Shown here: piece after piece, positions 47,519-61,870 of the stretch
How positions within the stretch are numbered: the stretch's first letter is position 1
Layout: each line of letters starts with the position of its first letter
Source: the human T2T-CHM13v2.0 reference genome, Homo sapiens
Reading direction: 5' to 3' (one strand)
Assembly: GCF_009914755.1 (NCBI RefSeq)
Contig: NC_060930.1
DNA length: 64,000 nucleotides
Notes under the pieces: generated by a model
The model's database searches: none
What the model saw: only the letters and a program-made list of their open reading frames with translations
Told to the model about the DNA's origin: nothing
Program-made: the position numbers and the translations under genes

Positions 47519-49957
47519 GTGGTTAGCCCTAGGGAGGGTAGTTGAATTAGAAAGTGAGGTGAGGATATAGGAAATCTTTTGCTTTGTCTGACACGAATAC
47601 GTTTTATGTATTATTAACTAAAATAAGCATTTAAAAGTTCATTTTTTAAAATTGACCAGGCAAAACATAACAATTTCATGGTTCACTTTTTAAAATACCA
47701 CAATAACAATTTTTAGCTTATACCTTAGTTCATAATTGTATAAGTTTATTCTCCCCCAAAAAAGCATCTAAAAGTGAAATAGGGAAAATATTTTTTTAAA
47801 GAGACAAAAAAATTGTTTTCACTTGAGTGTCTGAAACAAGAAAAGGCATTTCTAAGCTCCTCTCCCAAACATGGAAATAGAGCAAAATAGAAGACTGTTG
47901 ACAATAAAGAAAATATTTCTCTCAGCCCTTACCCAAAACTTGTAACCTTTTCATTACAACCATTAGTTACTTGCTGTGAAAAACTGGTGATGTTTAGAAT
48001 CTTGTTTGACTGTTTTCTTTCTAGGATCCACTGGCTTAGAGTACCTTCTTTGCTAAGAACTTTTTTTAAAACATCATGGCAGCAGGAAAACATCTATCTG
48101 TGGCTAAGTAGATGGATGCACTAAAGGACTTATATTTACATAAAAGAAAATGACAGATGTTTCCTGGGAGTTTGTTGTATATTAACTTGACGTGAATGTG
48201 TGTGTTGGAGGAGAACAAGTTTTAAGAAATTGATGTACAAAACAAGAGCATTCTTCCCACAGTGTCTGAGAAAGGCAGCTCCCGTCTTTGCTGAGAAACG
48301 AACTCTTTCATTACCCTTAATTACTTACCCCTGTACTTTTAAATTGAGACTCACTACAGAACATGCGGAGTTTCTACTAAACTTAATTACATTTCCCTTC
48401 ATCGTCCCTGAGAGAAATGTCACTATCCAGAAATGCAGTTGCCCAGGGAGAGGAACTTCTAAAACAAGGACTCATCACTGCAAACGCTACCCACTCCCTC
48501 CCCCACACCTCTCATCTTACCAAGTAATACCCAGATACATTATTTCCTGGCTTAAACCGGCTGCATCAGTAAGAAGGGAAGTTCTTCATGTGTTATTGCA
48601 AAGTAAATCTCTATCATCTGCATAATCTTGTGGGAGAAGGGAGAAGTTGCATTGTTGGCTACTAGAAAAGTCATTTTTAGAATAATGAAACTCTATAATG
48701 ATATTATAAACATGAGAAGTTATTATAAATTTCAGGCCCAGACAAAACGGACCATTTAGCCGGATGGACAATTTTCAAGTCTAAAGGTCACTGACAGATT
48801 CAAAAACATGGGGTCCAGACACCTTAAGTTCAAATTTCAATTTGCATCTTCTTTGTAAGCTGGAAAGATAACCCCCAAAAGAATTTCAAGTAAAATGAAC
48901 AGATCTTCATAGCATAGATAGGCGGTAAGATCTTGACGTTGATAACTGTGAAAGACTTTGATTTCACAGCCAACAGGATGAAGTATTTATATCATATCTA
49001 CCCATGCAACTCTACTTACCATTAGATAGGTTTCTGCAAAGGGAGAACATAAAATTGGAAGATAAATAAACTGGAAATGTAAATAAACACTGGGGCGGTG
49101 AGGAGGGGGATCTGGGATTTACAGAGCAAACGTGCATGAAATACAGCGGATTCAGATAAACAGGGAAGGGTCTCACACTTTCATCGGTTTAAAAATGCAC
49201 CTTACTGTGTAGGAGGAGAAATTCACTAGGTAACAAACAAAGCACTGAGAAGCAATTGTTTCTCTGCTACTCTGTCTCACTCACCTCTTGCTGGAGAGAG
49301 GAAAACTACTTGCAAGGAATCAGCCACAGAATGAGTGGGAAGGACGGGCCAAGGATGGAAGCTGGAGCTACAAGGCACTTTTAAAGAAAAGCCAGGACAG
49401 CAGGAGGTATTGGGCAGGGGAGAGGCGGGCAGCACTGTTTCACCACCATTCAAGACCAGAAAAGACCATTTGGGATGAACTGAGGCTCAGCGGCGGACTG
49501 ACCTCACTATCACAGGGCTCCAAGTGCTAGCGGGCGAGACCTTGTGCCTTCCACATCCCACTTACACAGCAAGGGCTTTGCTAACCAACAGGATTTAGCA
49601 ACTGATGCAAATAAAAAAAAAATAAGTAAAGATCTTTGATGTGGAGATTTTAACATCCTCTCCATTCGTGTATCTGTTCTTATTTTTCTCAGATGCTTAA
49701 GAAAACCAAGGGGATAAAAAAAAGCTAAAACTAGAAAAAGGATAGAAACAACTTCTCTCTTTGTCCAAGTAAATCAAAGCTTTGTTTGGAAGACTCAACT
49801 GTCCGTTCCTTGCCTTGTTATTTCTAACACAGAGCTTCCCGACTTTCTACAGTACAAAGCCATTCTGTCCTCATCTGGAGGGTGATGCTGGGGAGGTGAG
49901 GATAGGGGACAGATGAGAGTCCTTCTAGCTGGACAGAGCTGAGCGGATACCTGTAAG

Positions 49958-49959
<2 letters not shown>

Positions 49960-50017
<58 letters not shown>
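49960..50017. repeat. (GT)n microsatellite, about 29 units
   Basis: Direct reading. Confidence 0.97.
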
Positions 50018-50019
<2 letters not shown>

Positions 50020-50363
50020 ATGCACATGTTTGGTGAAAGGCAGTTGCTTTTTTTCTTCATGTTTCTAGAGCAAGAGAGCAATGAGAACTACATAGGGCAG
50101 ATAGGTAAGGAAATCATTATAAGTAAAACAGGTTAAGCGTAAGCTCTGTGAATGGAGGAATTATGTGTGGGTTTTTCATTGCCATTGCCCACCATCTGCT
50201 GCAATGGGGCATGTGGTAGGCGTTCCATTAACATATTTTCAATTGGTCATGTGAAATAATAAGAGACACTAAGAATTCTGAGAATAGGGCTAAATCAAAT
50301 AGAATGCCCTCTGATATCTCCAATCAGCACCTCAAATACAGCCTGATTCAAACAGCCATTGTT

Positions 50364-50651
<288 letters not shown>

Positions 50652-51244
50652 CAGCTATTGTGATCACACCTGACTCTAAACCATTAGGAATGGTGTAGGG
50701 CAGGTTGTACTCTGCACACAGCCCACTTATTTTCACAGACCACCCTGGAAATGGAGTTAGGGATCTACAATTTTAAGTTTGATGTACTCCGAGCAAAGGC
50801 GTTTTGCAATATGTTCAGGACAATACATGGAGAGGTGATAAATACGTGAATCATCACGATAATCACACAGCATATATTAAACGCTATAGCAATATTTTGC
50901 ATGTAGAATTCCGAAAGCTGCAAGATCAGTTACATAATACTTTCAAGCCTCTCTCCTTGTGATGCTGATTCTCCTTTTAACATGTTCTTTTAATGACTTC
51001 TGTCCACTCCTTTTTCAACTTAGTGGTTCCCCGAAATAGCCACTTTGATACATGTAATTCTCCAAACCGTTTCCAAATACTAGAGAAGAAAGCACGAAGG
51101 CATTGTAACTGCTAAATAAATTAATCCTTAAAGTAACAGAAATAAAATAATAATTGATATGGACATATGATTAGAATTCCAGTACCAGGCTAAAGTTAAG
51201 TATATTCCCATTAAGGATGGGGTTTACCAGTTTCCTCTACTTAC

Positions 51245-51316
51245 ACGTTCATTTCCTGCACATTCTCAGCTGCAAAATAAAAGGTCTTGATCTGTGGATG
51301 GCTGATCTTAAAAGCA
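51245..51316 (-). CDS. IPCEF1: IPCEF1 internal coding exon (PH domain), 72 nt
   Basis: tttcctccttcaag|TGCTTTTAAG...ATGAACGT|gtaagt; (H)AFKISHPQIKTFYFAAENVQEMN(V); in frame with both neighbours; typical PH beta6-beta7-helix motif FYFAAE. Confidence 0.96.
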
Positions 51317-51579
51317 CTTGAAGGAGGAAAAGCACAAACACATAGAAAATTAGTGTTTATAGTCAACAATGGGTCTGAAAGTAAATCAGTAAAATACAAG
51401 CTTTGTAAACTTGTCTGCTTTCTTTGTAAATTTACAAAAAATAATTTAGTAATATTAGATACCTATTGTCTAGTCTCTGTTTCATATAGAGAACTAAGAG
51501 TCAATTTTTTATGTCAGAACGTCCAGAACAGGGCTGAGTCTTAGCTGGTCAGTAGTTTCCATTTAAAACATATAGGTAT

Positions 51580-51921
<342 letters not shown>

Positions 51922-52221
51922 CTAACTGCTTTGCTATAAAGATACAATAAATTCAATTTTAAAGTGATAGAAATAACACTTCAAAATATTCAGAACAACT
52001 ACTTCAAGCAAGGTATTTCTTCACTTTCAATCAAATATACAGAAGAATTTTTATAGGAGAATAATCAGGTATGGAACGTCCACTCTGCAGCAACACATCA
52101 GAAATCTTATTCAAGGCACCCTTTGTTAGTAAAGGGAAATATGAAATAGATTTTAATATAAAAGAAAAGCAGAAAACATTGAAGATAACAAATGAGAAGG
52201 GCTTCCACTTTACCCTTTAGG

Positions 52222-52320
52222 CAGGAAGTCCTGCAGCACGGCACAGGCCAGGGTTTTTGTAAATAGCCAATCCTTTTCAAACCACAAGAATCAGCACTGG
52301 ACATGTGCAACCACACCACA
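52222..52320. promoter_or_regulatory. ETS + triple RUNX motif cluster (candidate enhancer)
   Basis: CAGGAAGT 52222; AACCACA 52280 and 52309; ACCACA 52315. Confidence 0.4.
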
Positions 52321-53157
52321 GAGGCAAAGACTTAAAGCTAACACCAGTTTACTAACCTTGTTAAAAGAAAACTACTCAATTGCTGCAACTAGTCACATAG
52401 GACAAAAAGGAAGGCCCCTTTCTGATAAGACTGGAAAAGATGTCAAAGGTAGAAGAAATAATAAGAAAAAGGTGAAAATGGACACATACGCAAAATATAG
52501 CAGACTGCTATCATGGGAGGAGCACTTGAATGAGAGTCTATAGATACCTGGGTTTACAGCCAGCCCGCTCATGAGATCTAAGCAGGTCACAAACTCTTTG
52601 GGCTGTTTCCTTCTCAGGAAAACCAGGACCATGAGCTGGTAATTTTTTTTGGTCCCTGTCAGTGCTCAAATCTTTTGGATTTCAATTAGATCAGAGTGTA
52701 ATCTCCAAGCTTAAGACATCTCAGAAAATTCAATTCCAAGTGTGCATCTGACAACTCCATGAACTAAGAAAGAAAAGCTGGTCTTGCTGGCGTATCTGCA
52801 ACTCGGGTGAGTCCTATTTAACTGCTTGTTTTTTCTTTAGTAGAACCGAAGCTTGACATCTGACCTCCCTGCCAGTCCTGGAGGGGGTTTATTCCATCAC
52901 AGACACAGTCATCAACAACAGTCCATGCCAAGACTTCGTGGGGGTTTTAAAATCCATCTGCTCCACAAAACGAAATTCCAGAAAATGAGAGGTTAAATGC
53001 TTCTATTTCTATGTAGGGTGCCAACCCATAATGCTTCAAATTCTCAGACATTCCGATGTTACCTTCACTCACTTCTAAATCACCATATCCCTTGGTGAAC
53101 ATTATGAAGAGATAGTATCCTGGCTCAGAGTTTTGTGGAAGATGAGAGACAACTTAC

Positions 53158-53231
53158 TGCTTTTTCTTGCATTCAGATGCTCTTTCCACAGTGAAATCAG
53201 GCAGGTTGACAAATCCATCAGCTTTCTCTGC
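53158..53231 (-). CDS. IPCEF1: IPCEF1 internal coding exon (PH domain), 74 nt
   Basis: Minus strand ttgtttcag|GCAGAGAAAGCTGATGG...AAGAAAAAGCA|gtaagt; translates AEKADGFVNLPDFTVERASECKKK(H); phase 0 in, phase 2 out; matches remembered IPCEF1 protein. Confidence 0.96.
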
Positions 53232-54415
53232 CTGAAACAAATATATACCACAAATAGGAATGAATGCATCAATCCTGGGGATTAGTGCATTGAGATCATA
53301 TACATGGAATAGGGATGGTATAAATGACATGAGGGAGAATCAAGAGATACCAACCACCCTGAATCACCATGGAGGTGTCCCAGATACACAGCTCATGAGA
53401 AAGATTAATGTTCTCCTGATAAGTCACCCAGAATCTTTCCAAGAGAAGTGGCATGACATGACACAGCTTAGGGATGGTCACCATATGGCAGGCTTAGGGC
53501 CTGTCTCCACCGGCCTCCTGTCTCTGTGGAAAACATAGCTAACCCAACAGAGTCATGTCTGCTGAGCCCATCAGCATCCACAGCATCTTCTATTCCTACG
53601 ACTCTAGTCAGCTAGCACACAGGAAGAAACCTAACTAGCATTCTTGATATATATGGTGCCCAGAGCCCTGGAGTTAGCAAATCTACATTCCTATCATGGA
53701 TTGACCACTTACTGGTTGTTGTGACTTAAATGAGCTCAGATAAATAAAACTGCTAAGAGTCACTCAACAAACATTATTTCCTCTCCCAAGTCTGTAGGCA
53801 GGGCCTTGGGGATTAAATCACAGAGCTGCATCTTTCAGAACCTCAGTCCCATCATTGATTTCTGGGAATTCTTTCTACAAAGAAAAGACTGCATAAGAAA
53901 ATTATATTTATGAGGACGTAGCATAAATGTCACTTTACATCACCAAAAACATGTATAGGAAATATAATCACTGTCCCACCTCTCTAAGAATTTGTTAATC
54001 TGTGTTTTACAAATAAAGTTTAACTGAGCCACAACAAAGCTAGATTGTTCGTCACCCATAGAACTCAAATCTTCTTTCATCTACACTGGTGTCTCTGAGT
54101 AGAGAAATAGAATCTACAAGATTAAACATAAATGAGTCTGTGGTTATTGGGAGATGAGTAAAAATGGATTTTGAAAATACAATCTTAATTTTACAAGTCA
54201 GCTAGCTATTAAGTTAGTGCCATGGGTGCTTTCAGTTTACTTGATCATTCTGCTCTTTCCTTTATTGCCAACTAGAGTGCAACTTGCATTCTTTTCTTCA
54301 GAAAAATTAAACTGTGAGGCATCCAACCCTATGCCCATCTTCTCTCTCTTATGTGACTCAACTTATCTAAATTATTCACCTGAAATGCCTTCCTCTTATA
54401 AGATTCAAAACTCAA

Positions 54416-54725
54416 GGCTGGGTGCAGTGGCTCATGCCTGTAATCCCAGCACTTTGGGAGGCTGAGGAGGGTGGATCACTTGCGGTGAGGTGTTCACGTT
54501 CAGCCCAGCCAACACGGTGAAACCCCATCTCTACTAAAAATTCAAAAAATATTAGCTGGTCATGGTGGTGGGCCCCTGTAATTTCAGCTACTTGGGAAGC
54601 TGAGGCAGGAGGTTAGCTTGAACCTGGGAGGTAGAGGTTGCAGTGAGCCAAGATCGTGCCACTGCACTCCAGTCTGGACAACAGAGTGGGACTCTGTCTT
54701 AAAAAAAACAAACAAACAAAAAAAA
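54416..54725 (+). mobile_element. Alu (S/J)
   Basis: TSD agattcaaaactcaa. Confidence 0.95.
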
Positions 54726-55030
54726 GAGATTCAAAACTCAATTCTAATGGGCACTCTCTTCTTTAAACATTATATATGCATATGTGTGTTTATACAGAGT
54801 GAATATGTACTCATTCATATGTATATTATATATATGCAGCTTCTCTCTTGACAGCCTTCTTAATTACTGGATGCTGATTCTCGAAGAGAATATAAGGTAT
54901 TCAAAGAATACAGACTAAGTCAACTTTCTGTACAATGCACAGTGCTTCCTGTGGATTCTCAATCCGCCTTACAAAAAAGTATAGTTTTGAAAAACTATGT
55001 TAGGTCTCATCAATTCCACTTTTAGATCTA

Positions 55031-55249
55031 CAGACTGAGTATCCCTTATTTGAAATGCTTGGGGACTGGAAGTGCCTTATATTTCAGAATTTTTCTGATT
55101 TGGGGATATTTGCATATACAAACAAGTCAAGTATCCCAAATCTGAAAATCCAACACCCAATGAATACTCCCTTTGAGCATCATGTTGGTGCTCAAAAACT
55201 TTCAGATTTTGGAACATTTTGGATTGGATTTTTGGATTATGGATGCTCA
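55031..55249. mobile_element. Tigger4a/MER46-like MITE
   Basis: tgagtatcccttatttgaaatgcttggg...ttttggattatggatgctca. Confidence 0.85.
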
Positions 55250-55755
55250 GAGGAATTGAAAAAGGGTACTCAAATACATGTGCAGCCCTGTTCACAAAGC
55301 ACTCACAACAGCCAAAAGGTAGAAACAGCCCAAATGCCCATTAACAGATAAATGGATAAATTAATTGTGCTGTATCTATACAATGGGATATTATTCAGCC
55401 TTAAAAAAGAATAAAGTACTAATACATGCTACGTGGATGAATCTTGAAAACCTTGTGTTAAGTGAAAGAAACCAGACACAAAAGCTCATCTCTCGTATGA
55501 TTCAATTTATATGAAATATCCAGAAGTGGAAATCCAGAGAGACAGAACACAGCTAATTGGTAGCTACCAGGGTCCCAGGCAGTAGGAAATAGGGAGCAAC
55601 TGCTCAATGGGTAAGGGGTTTCCTTTTGGGGTGATGAAAATGTTCACAATCTAGATAGATGAGGGGGTTGCACAACATTGTGAATGTATTAAATGCCACT
55701 GAACTGCTCACTTTAAAGTAATTAATGTTAGGTTGTATGACTTTCATCTAAATTT
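55250..55755 (+). mobile_element. L1MB 3' fragment
   Basis: gaattgaaaa..gtactcaa..tccttttggggtgatgaaaatgtt..ttgcacaacattgtgaatg. Confidence 0.85.
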
Positions 55756-55869
55756 TAAGAATCTATGTTAGGCTAAGGCGTTTTTATGTAAATTTCCATA
55801 ATTGAAACATCACTTAGACTCAGCATTTGTTTCTACTTCCTCCTCCCATTCATTTCTATATGTTCCAGA

Positions 55870-56850
55870 GAAACTGTAGAGACCAAAACTCCACCCGCGT
55901 TGCTAAATCCCATCTACTGTTTTTAGTCCTCCCTTAATTGAACTCTAAGTGACGCTGTAGCTGCTCCCTCCCTCTGGAGCCACCCTGATGTTGTGGCCTT
56001 TTTGACAACACATTACTGCTGCTCCCCTTTTTCCTCTAACTATGCCTTCTTCTCTTTCAGGGGTCTTGTTCTCCTGTCTGTTTCTTAAATGTCAGAGTTC
56101 ACTAGAGTTCTGTCCACAGACTTATTCTCTTTTTGTTCCAAAACTCTCTATGGATGATCATACACACCCTCATGGCTCCATCTGTCATCACTGTACACAC
56201 ATATCCAAAACCCATACCTTGTATCACCACTGTCCACATATATCCAAAATCCATATCTCAAACTGGGATTCAATCCTGGAGCTCCTGTCCCAGATTTCCA
56301 ACTGCCTAGTAAGCCTATTCCCATGGGCCCCGCAAGAGTAACAAATTCAAAATCAAACTCATTATCTTACTCCATAAAATGCCCACTTCTTTCTCCTGTG
56401 TTCTTGACTTCAGTGAATAATATCACTTTCTAGCCAGTTGCCAAAACAGGACATGTGAGAGACATCCCCAACTCTTCCATTCCCTTCTCGGTGCCCATGC
56501 AGGTAAACTCAAAGTTGTATAGTTGCTGCATCTGCTCAGGTCTTCAATCCACCCATTACCTACTGCCTCCTTCAACTTACCTTTAATGTTTTGTTGAATT
56601 ACCGCAAAAGTCTCCTCAACTGTTCTCCTTCTCTATAATTCTGCTGTTTCATCAAATTTAGTGTCCAAATCACAGTCACAGTCACAGCAAATGTTTACAT
56701 CATGAACATTCTTCATGGCACTGTTCTGATTAAATACCCTGCATGGTGTCCAGCTGCCCTCGGGTCAAGTCTAAATGCCTCAGCAGAGGATGAAAGACCC
56801 TTTATAATCAAGCCCTGATTAGTTCCACAATTTCATCTCTCCCCCTCCCC
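55870..56850 (+). mobile_element. L2 fragment
   Basis: Pyrimidine-rich L2 ORF2-like motifs (ttgctaaatcc, aactcattatctt). Confidence 0.65.
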
Positions 56851-56879
56851 CATTCAGCCAAAGACAAACAGAAAAATCA

Positions 56880-57265
<386 letters not shown>

Positions 57266-57426
57266 TTAGAATCAGCACCCAATTTATGGCATGATTAGTT
57301 TCTAGACAACTCATTTTCAGTACAATAAATCGATCTCAAATGATATAATACACAAATCAATCAACAAAAATGTAACATACCTATATACACTTTTAGTAAT
57401 ATTTTTATTCATCTAAAAATAAAATT

Positions 57427-57715
57427 GGCCAGGCTCACTGGCTCACGCCTGTAATCCCAACACTTTTGGAGGCCAAGGTGGGAGGATCACTTGAGCCCAA
57501 GAGTTCAAGACCAGCCTGGGCAACATGGTGAAATCCCATCTCTGCAAAAGTATAAAAATTAGCCGAGCATGGCAGCACACGCCTATATTCCCAGCTACTT
57601 GAGAGGCTGAGGTGGGAGAATCACCTGAGCCCGGAGGTCGAGGCTGTCATGGGTTGTGATCACAACACTGCACTCCAGCCTGGGTGACAGAGTTAAAATG
57701 TGTCTCAAAAAAAAA
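57427..57715 (+). mobile_element. AluJ
   Basis: Diverged dimer. Confidence 0.94.
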
Positions 57716-58170
57716 TTAATTAATTAATTAAATTTAATCCATGTAAAAAATAAATGGTAAATCTTCATTTGGGTGGATTCCTTTTCTGCATAAGTGAAAC
57801 AGCTGAGATTCCCTTAAACAGGAGCCTAAATAAGTTTGGGTGAAAACACCTTAGTGTTTCCCCAGGAAATTATCACTTTATAAGCAGAAGCTTTTTTTTT
57901 ATTCTGAAGACAGTTGAGCTATATTCAAAATCACAGATAATTTGTGTCAAAAAATGGTCCTTGCTTATTTGACTTGCAAAAAAAAATGCCTCAAAAATGA
58001 CAATCACAGAGGGCAAATCTTGAGAGAATGACAGTGTTCTTCTCTTCCTCCTCCTTTTCCTCCTCCTCCGCTTCTCCAGATCCCCTGTTGCCTATTATAT
58101 TAACTAAAATAACTTTGTTGAATGGGATCCTTCTTCTTCAATTCCTAACTTTCTAAAAAGTTTCCTGCAG

Positions 58171-58307
58171 GCAGCCAAGCAGGGTGGCTCACGCCTGTAA
58201 TCCCAGCGCTTTGGGAGGCCGAGGCAGAAAGATCACTTGAGCTCAGGAGTTCAAGACCAGCCCAGACAACATAGGCAGACCTTGTCTCTGTTTAAAAAAA
58301 AAAAAAA
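58171..58307 (+). mobile_element. FLAM-type Alu monomer
   Basis: TSD aaaaagtttcct. Confidence 0.9.
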
Positions 58308-58726
58308 GTTTCCTCCAGGTTCTATGCTGGTACCTGCAAGCTTCCCTCGAAATCCTGATGTAATAAAAAACTTGTTCTCCTGCCAGAGGTATCAAACCCA
58401 TCGTTTGGCCATTGTACAAACTTCTCTTTCCAAATCTAGTCTTAAATTCAGAAGAAACACGTTCCTTTTCACTTTGTTTTATGATGTTCTATGATCTCAA
58501 ACCTTTCTCCTCACAATTCAGCCCATCTAGTTTTCCCAGCATCTCTGATTTTGTTCATCTCAGTGGAGTGTCACGTACAGTTGCTGTCATTAGGCAGCAT
58601 TAAATACATATTTTTATGAAAATGGCTGGTGTTACAACATTGGGGGGAAATGTAAAGGTTGCTGATCATCTCTTTGATCTCATGAATCACCTCTAGAGTA
58701 TTTGTCTCCTTTAAACACTCTGCTCT

Positions 58727-58895
58727 TGGCCAGATGTGGTGGCTCATGCCTGTAATCTCAAGTGCTTTGGGCGGCCAAGGCGGGAGGATGACTTGAGGCC
58801 AGACGTTCAAGGCTGCAGTGAGCTGAGATGGTGCCACTTGCACTCCAGCCTGGGCTACAGAGTGAGACCCAGTCTCAAAACAAACAAACAAAAAA
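58727..58895 (+). mobile_element. Alu monomer (FRAM/FAM-like)
   Basis: Single arm with (CAAA)n tail. Confidence 0.88.
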
Positions 58896-59289
58896 CAGAG
58901 TAAAGGGTTCCAAGGTGTGAGCAAGGCAGGTTGCCTCCTGCTCCCTGGCCCTATAATGCCCTTCCTACCTCATTCCCCTAGATAAGTTTCCAGGATTCAA
59001 CTCAGGTGTGACCATTTCCAAAACTTTTTCCCTATTCCCTTAAGTCTGGACTAGGTGCCCCCATGTCTGCCTCCAGCCCCAGGGGCGGCCCTCCCTTACA
59101 GGACCTCTCTTACTGTATTTAATTATCTGGTTGTTTGTCTGCTTCTCCAATGGATTGTGAGTACCTTGAAGGAAATAACTGTGTTGTTCATACATATTAT
59201 TTATAAGGTGTGGAATAAATACATGTGAAATAAATAAATACATTTTTTGAATGAATGAATGAACTATAATCTTTTTCCTCTGACAATAA

Positions 59290-59641
<352 letters not shown>

Positions 59642-60390
59642 AGTTTGTCAGTTTCTAAAAAAAGTAAGCATATAATTGCCATACAACTGAGCAATTCTAC
59701 TCCTAGGTGTCTACCCAAGAGGAATGGATGCAAATGCCCATGCAAAGGTTTGCATGCAAATCGTTATAACAGCTTTATTCATAGTAACCTAGAACTGGAA
59801 ACAACCTAAATGTCCATCAGCTACTAAATAGAATATGACACAGCCATACGACGAAATGCTATTTAATCATGAAAAGGAGCAAACCAGTGACGCTTGCTGA
59901 AACATGGATGAACCCTGAAAACATTCTGCTAAGTGAAAGTGAAACACAAGCGATCAGTTATGACTGTGTGATTCCATTTCTAGGAAGTGTCCAGAAAGGG
60001 CAAATCTATAGAGACAGAAAGCAGGACGGTGGTTGCCTGCGGTTGGGGGTGGGAACTGACTGTAAATGGGGATGGGGGATCTTATTGGTACAATACCAAT
60101 TATTTAAAACTGATTTATTATGATGGTTGCATCACTTGGTAAATCTACCAAAAATGAATGAACTGCAAATTTGAATAGGGTGAACTTTATGATACATAAA
60201 ATGTACCTTAATAAAGCTGTTTTTAAAAACATGAGGTTCATCAGTTATAACAAATCTCCCATGCAGATGGGGATATTGATAATGGGGAGGTTGTACATGA
60301 GTATGGGCGGGGATCATATGGGAAATATCTGTACCTTCCTCTTACTTTTGCTGTGAGCCTAAAACTGCTCTAAAAAAATTAAGTCTTTTA
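59642..60390 (+). mobile_element. L1M 3' fragments (two 3' ends)
   Basis: gcaattctactcctagg..ttaataaagctgtt, then L1MC-like tail ctgtgagcctaaaactgctct. Confidence 0.8.
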
Positions 60391-61259
60391 GAAATTAACT
60401 AAAACAGGACATCAGATTTTAGAATTTAAATGCAAAAATAAGTGTTCATTGCCATGATAACATTTGCCCTTTTCGTACCACAAGTATTTTGGAAAATATA
60501 CAAAATTACTTCTTAGGTACCTACACATGTCAGAAAAGCAGAAGGGCTGACCAGGAGAAATGAGAGTGACGTGTATTCCCGAGTCTAAATAGGTCAAAGA
60601 GGACCAAGCCAGAAACAGATGAATGGTAATATAGGAAACTGTCATGTAGTTCCTGGTTAAAAAATGAAAAGTAATATTATATCTCTATTTTCAATGAAAC
60701 CATAGTTCCTTAATTCTAAAACCCTGATTTCTTTACACTTCAATAATTCTGAAATCAGAAGACACCTTAGAATCTATGTATATTTTCATTGCAACATCTT
60801 CTCCCCTAAAACCTGTTATTAAATAAATTACAGGTCTTAAATAGAATCTTGAATTCAAGAAAAAAAAACAGCTAAAAAAATTTCTTTGTAATATACTTTT
60901 GTGTTTTTAAGTGAATATAGAATTGAAATTCTTGAAATTACATTGAGCAAATTTAATGAGGTTACCCAATGACTATCTGAATCAGCCGAAACTGCAAAAG
61001 TCTCCATTTCTCCATATAAATCTATTGTTTTCTCAGTTACTCCCCAAAACCCCCAGGGCACTGGAAACAGATGAGGTCTAAACTCTGAGCTGAGCTGCCC
61101 ATTCTCATGCCGCCTTAGAACAGTTGTCTCTAGATTCTCACACTACACACAGACTCATGACCACTAGAGAAATCTGAATTATATTCTTTAAAATAGAAAG
61201 TAAAAGTAAAAGGAGATTGAAGAAAAGTTAGGATAAAATTCACTGTAAAAGTTCTAGTT

Positions 61260-61870
61260 CTATGGAGAAACAGTCATTCTCAAACACTGCTGGTGGTAAT
61301 GCAAAATGGAACTCAACAGAAGGAAACTGGATAATAATCAGCAAAAATGCACTTGCCCATTGACCCAGAAATTCCACTTCTGGGATCTGTCCTAACTATA
61401 CCTTGGAGAATATGTGGAATGACATGTACATTGCAGCATTGTTTGTATTTACAAAGGATTGCAAAGAATGCAAATGTCTGTCATCAGGTGACAGTTGAAT
61501 ACACTGTGGTATCCACACACAGTGAATAACTATGAAAAACGCCATACAACGCGTAGAGCAATCTCTAGGACATAGTGAGAGAAAAAGTAAGGTGCAGTAC
61601 TATATATTTAATGTGCTAATTTTGTGTAAGAAAGGAGGAAGAGATTTGACTCAATATACACACTTGCTGTATTTGCGAAAAGAAACATGGGAAAATAAAC
61701 CAAAAACAAATAGAAAAGGGGGAAGAAAGAGGATAGAGAACAGAGATGCGAAGGAGACTGACTTGGTTGTAACTTGTTACAGGTTTGACTTTGGAATCGG
61801 GTACATGATTGATTTTTTAAATCAAAAACAAACACGAAAAAGAAAAGCAATTCTCGAAATTAAAAACAAA
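61260..61870 (+). mobile_element. L1ME/MC 3' fragment
   Basis: tggagaaacagtcattctcaaacactgctggtgg..tgacccagaaattccacttctggg. Confidence 0.75.

Noticed and set aside
48200-48625. 141-aa plus-strand ORF
   Set aside because: Non-ATG start, no recognisable domain, length within chance for a 64-kb six-frame scan
60966-61060. Possible minus-strand cassette exon (TTTCCAG|...TGG|GTAACC)
   Set aside because: 95 nt, weak donor, no similarity to IPCEF1 or CNKSR proteins that I recognise
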